Assembly (NCBI RefSeq): GCF_964355755.1 | Contig: NC_092672.1 | Location: 9,052,001 to 9,116,000, forward strand | Source of the DNA: Antedon mediterranea | Lineage: Eukaryota > Animalia > Echinodermata | Reading direction: 5' to 3' | DNA length: 64,000 nt | Part shown: positions 60,192-64,000 of the stretch, piece by piece | Numbering within the stretch: position 1 is the first letter of the stretch | How the letters are laid out: the number at the start of each line of letters is the position of its first letter | Made by a program: the position numbers and the translations under genes | Notes under the pieces: generated by a model | Told to the model about the DNA's origin: nothing | What the model saw: only the letters and a program-made list of their open reading frames with translations | The model's database searches: none

Positions 60192-61310
60192 TATTATGCT
60201 ATTATCTACAGAGTTTATGATCGAATATGTTGTGATTTGCACGGTGCAGTAGCTATCTATCTACATTTATTTCTGTCTGTCGGGCTTCTATCTTTTTTTA
60301 CATTTCTAACGAGGGGTATTTTTCTATGCTCAACAACTCCCATCGATTGTCCCAACAATAATGCAATACTTTGTAACGTTTAGGCCTATATGTTAGATTA
60401 TAAAAGGATCCCAATTATATAAGCTTTTTGGACCGCTATCCTGGATAATCCTTTATAAATGTATTATTTGTAATGTCAGTAATTTATTTTATCACTTTGT
60501 ATATATTTTTTATGATGATTTTCCTAATAAATTCAAATCAAATCAAATCAAGTAGGCAATTCATTATGAATTTGACTCTTTTGAAAACCTAATTTTCAAT
60601 TGCCCATCGGTAGTCATGATTTACACCAGTAGGCCTACAAAACGAAAGTTCTGTACATGTTTTATATTGTTTTCAGCTCCAATCTTCTTTTTTTTTTTCA
60701 ATTGTTGGCCCTCTATTTGAAACAGCAAGATACCTAATTCGAGATCATATGACGCAGTTGTTGTCTTGGTAATCTAAAACGAAACACTGGGTATCAGAAT
60801 CAGTTTCATATCTGTAAACTAAATTTCTGCGGGATATATCCGACTCATTTCATAAGACTAAACTATGCAAAACCACACACTTTTGAATCGTATGTTCGTT
60901 ATATCTATCTGTTATCTTTCGTGGAATGTTTAAACACAAAACGCAAATAGATAAGACTATTCAAATTCGGTTTAGGTCTACGCTTAATTACAAATTATTA
61001 CATATGTAGGTGTATGCACTGTGTGTTACGATGCATGAATAGGAAATCCGGTTATTGAAGATAGATGTTTCCGTCCTCATATCGTATTTATGAGGCCTAA
61101 CAGCAGTTAGTGGGCCTAAGTAAGTAACCAGGCCATGCTCGTTATCTTGCTGGTATGATTTTAAAGTGTTACTAGATGCTAGGCTCTAAAATATCGTTGT
61201 CTTACACCGTTAAAACACATTCGGATCTGATTTGAATATTTAACAGGGTGAGTCACTTTATACAGTAGAATATTATTTCTCATGATTTTGTAGACATAGC
61301 CTACTGAAGA

Positions 61311-61700
61311 TCCATTTACACTATAGGACGATAACGATCGACGAAAAATAGATAAACATACATTTTTCTTGAATAAAACAAAAGAAATTAGAACAGTTTT
61401 CGTTCTAGAACTATTAAGATAATCATGTATGCTGTATTTGACAAATAATATTTTAAAAAATCAAATGACGTCATGATCAATAAAAACAATAAAATCGTTG
61501 TATTGTACGATATTATTACTCTTACTAATCATGACGTAATTTGATTGGACGTGTGGAAATATTATTTTCATCAAAGGCAGCATAGATGATAATCCTATAA
61601 TTCTAGGATGAAAACTGTTAAAAAATATTTTGTTTTATGTATGACAAATGCATATTTATATTTTTATCGTCGATCGTTATCACCCTAGTGTAAATGGGCC
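61311..61700. mobile_element. Palindromic MITE upstream of the FN3 membrane-protein CDS
   Basis: CCATTTACACTA..GATAACGATCGACGA / TCGTCGATCGTTATC..TAGTGTAAATGG with imperfect symmetry continuing inward; the right end is partly duplicated at ~61722-61743. Confidence 0.65.
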
Positions 61701-62410
61701 TTAAGGCCGCGGATCTGAACGCCCCTAGTGTAAATGGGCCTTAACAACGTGAAGGATTAGATTCAAGTTAAATTACAATAATTGGAATTCTTTGAGTTTA
61801 ATATATGAAACAGTGAGTGTGTTTATTACACAAGCAAAATCATATTAATATCCTTGTTGATATAGTAGGTTTGGAAATCCCATGTTAGATTAAAGTCCTA
61901 CCAATGAGGCCGATAAGTGATATGGATGCACCTTGACCCTCAAATATCCATGTGAATTACAATTGAATTTGTTCTTTCGTTTTTGTCTGTGGTTTCTAAT
62001 AGTCTTTCCCGGAATCTTTATGTTTTCCGGTTTTTACAGCCAAACCCATTTTCAGCGAAAACCAAACTATTGCATAATACAAATAGATGAATTCACAACC
62101 AATTTTCATATATGCCGTTGACAAAATTTGTCAACGGCATGCTTCCATTCTTGGGATGTCATCCAGAATATAAATTATTGTTAAAAATTGTTAAAGTAAG
62201 TTTTAGTGAACTCTAGTAGGATCGATACGGTACCATCAATCAATATGACTGCGCAATAAAGGCTAAGTGCAATCGAAGAGAGGGGACATTTAATCTTTAT
62301 AAAACGCTCTATGGAATTCACTGAAATTATTGGTATGGTCAATTATCAACAAAAAATGTTTAAAATATTTAAAAGATGCACTTTTTTATTTGCAGTAATT
62401 TTACGGAATC

Positions 62411-63193
62411 ATGATGTTTTACTCATTGGTCTTAGGCATACAATTAATAATAGTCACAAAAGTATCAACGGAATTGTCGACCAACTTATCTGCTGGAACG
62501 ACTGACTATGAGGTCTCAACGAACGCATTCTCTTTGGAAACTATAACTGACCCTATCAGTAAAATGTCTAGGCCTGCTACACAAAGCAATACTACGGTAT
62601 CTTATGCTAGGCCCACTACTCCAAGACCCACAGTCACATATCCTGGAAGTCATACACAACATTTATCAACCAACAAGACAAACATTAATGGTGCGTTTAA
62701 TGTTTCTGCAGTTCCTCTTGGAAGTTCATCAGCAAGGGTAAATTGGCATGTACCTTCAAATACTGTAGCGATTAAACACTATGTTGTTTTGAATTACAAA
62801 GACAACTGCAAAAACAATGAATTATCAGATTTAAAACTCGACTCGAAGACAATTTTGGTAAATCTTACTATCAGTTCAGTAATAATAGGTAACCTATCGC
62901 ACGTTACTAAATACTGTGCATGTGTGGTTAGTATATCTTACTCCGAAAAGGATATCTCAGGAGTTAACAACTGTAATAGGTTTACAACAGAGTATGATCA
63001 TCTAAATACGAAAGCTACAGTAGCCCTCTCAATTGCATCAAGTTTTATGGTTCTGTTTTGTATAATAGCTATTTACAATGTTGTGAGGAGTACGCGGATG
63101 TTGTCCAGACAAGCGAAAGATGAAGAGTTAATACCAACTGTTAATCATGACCTATCGACTAATAGTGATGACGACAACATTGAAAATCCATGA
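62411..63193 (+). CDS. Type I membrane protein: signal peptide, Ser/Thr/Pro-rich stalk, one fibronectin type III domain, TM helix, short acidic tail (260 aa)
   Basis: Longest ORF in the window. Hydrophobic N-terminus (MMFYSLVLGIQLIIVTKVST), FN3 signature (SSARVNW ... IIGNLSHVTKYCACVVS), TM segment VALSIASSFMVLFCIIAIYNVV followed by basic residues. A splice acceptor (ttttatttgcag) ending at 62395 implies an upstream non-coding exon. Confidence 0.8.
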   Translation: MMFYSLVLGIQLIIVTKVSTELSTNLSAGTTDYEVSTNAFSLETITDPISKMSRPATQSNTTVSYARPTTPRPTVTYPGSHTQHLSTNKTNINGAFNVSAVPLGSSSARVNWHVPSNTVAIKHYVVLNYKDNCKNNELSDLKLDSKTILVNLTISSVIIGNLSHVTKYCACVVSISYSEKDISGVNNCNRFTTEYDHLNTKATVALSIASSFMVLFCIIAIYNVVRSTRMLSRQAKDEELIPTVNHDLSTNSDDDNIENP

Positions 63194-64000
63194 TATAGGA
63201 ATAATTTATGCTACACTTTTTAAAAATAGTGATATGATGTCGGTCAATACGTAACACTTTTGACATGTAAAATGAACAACAATCAGCTAAATTCATTCGT
63301 CACAATAGCATAAACGTACACTGGTCTTCCGCACCCGCATGACCCCGAGTAGGTCTACTAATCTTTCTCCGTAGGTATGCATTACGTCATTCTATTAAAG
63401 AAGCACGCATTACTGCACGGATTGTAACTAGCGCCATCACGGTGACATGCGAAACTTTTTTACTGAAAATGTTTAACTTAAAATAAAAAGGTGATTTAAC
63501 AAAAGTAATAAATAAGAAACATTCACTATGTACAAACATTGAAACGTAATACTGTACATGACTCTAATAAACACAGTGTTATTAATGCATTTTCAAATCC
63601 ATTATCTTTCATTTCATTTAGCCTCCTACTGTAGTTGTATGGATGTTTAACATGTTTTTTTTAATTATTAAATAAGTAATAAATACTTAATCAAAACGTT
63701 TTTATCTGTATCAGAGATCTTGATCAATTGTGCTTGGTGATTAGCAGTCTGATGATGACGTCGTCTATCGGTCGATAGAGACCGACACGGTCTGTAAATA
63801 AGTTCTTGGTTTAATTAATTATTATCAATCAATTACATAATTATTAGGTTATTCAAGAAAGAAATTGTAGAATCCAAGAACAATTGCACGCGATAGACTT
63901 CGCTCAAGCGTGGCCAATTCCTCCAGAATTATAAATCAATGGATTTATAATTACAGAGATCACAGTACATACACAGCCTACTTGTGCTATTATGTTATAT

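Overview
AT-rich animal (metazoan) genomic DNA with GT-AG spliceosomal introns, so the ORF track shows only exon fragments. The PAN/EGF/kringle/WSC/EPTP domain repertoire suggests a marine invertebrate, but the species cannot be fixed from sequence alone. I reconstructed the exon chains by hand and checked their phases. (1) Four tandem + strand alkaline phosphatase (ALP) paralogues (2600-7742, 13146-17888, 19373-24300, 29373-43236). Copy 1 has lost the invariant bimetal ligand (GDG->GSG) and its GPI-anchor signal but keeps an otherwise intact frame. Copies 1 and 4 carry a candidate N-terminal micro-exon. (2) Convergent with the ALP array, an intron-containing TenA/thiaminase-II-family gene with the catalytic Cys (47332-45143, -). 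(3) A 14-exon, ~864-aa secreted mosaic gene (57813-48308, -): signal peptide, PAN/Apple, EGF, and what appears to be a 7-bladed EPTP/EAR propeller split 4+3 by a phase-1 cassette of kringle, an uncharacterised domain and WSC, with a candidate 6-nt micro-exon. (4) A type I membrane protein with a mucin-like stalk and one FN3 domain (62411-63193, +). Introns and spacers hold many non-autonomous elements: a Helitron-like element, Mutator-like and Harbinger-like MITEs, a foldback element, SINE/LINE relics, and a degenerate Penelope-type hammerhead motif. No rRNA, true tRNA or CRISPR array was seen. All domain assignments are by eye, not from database searches.
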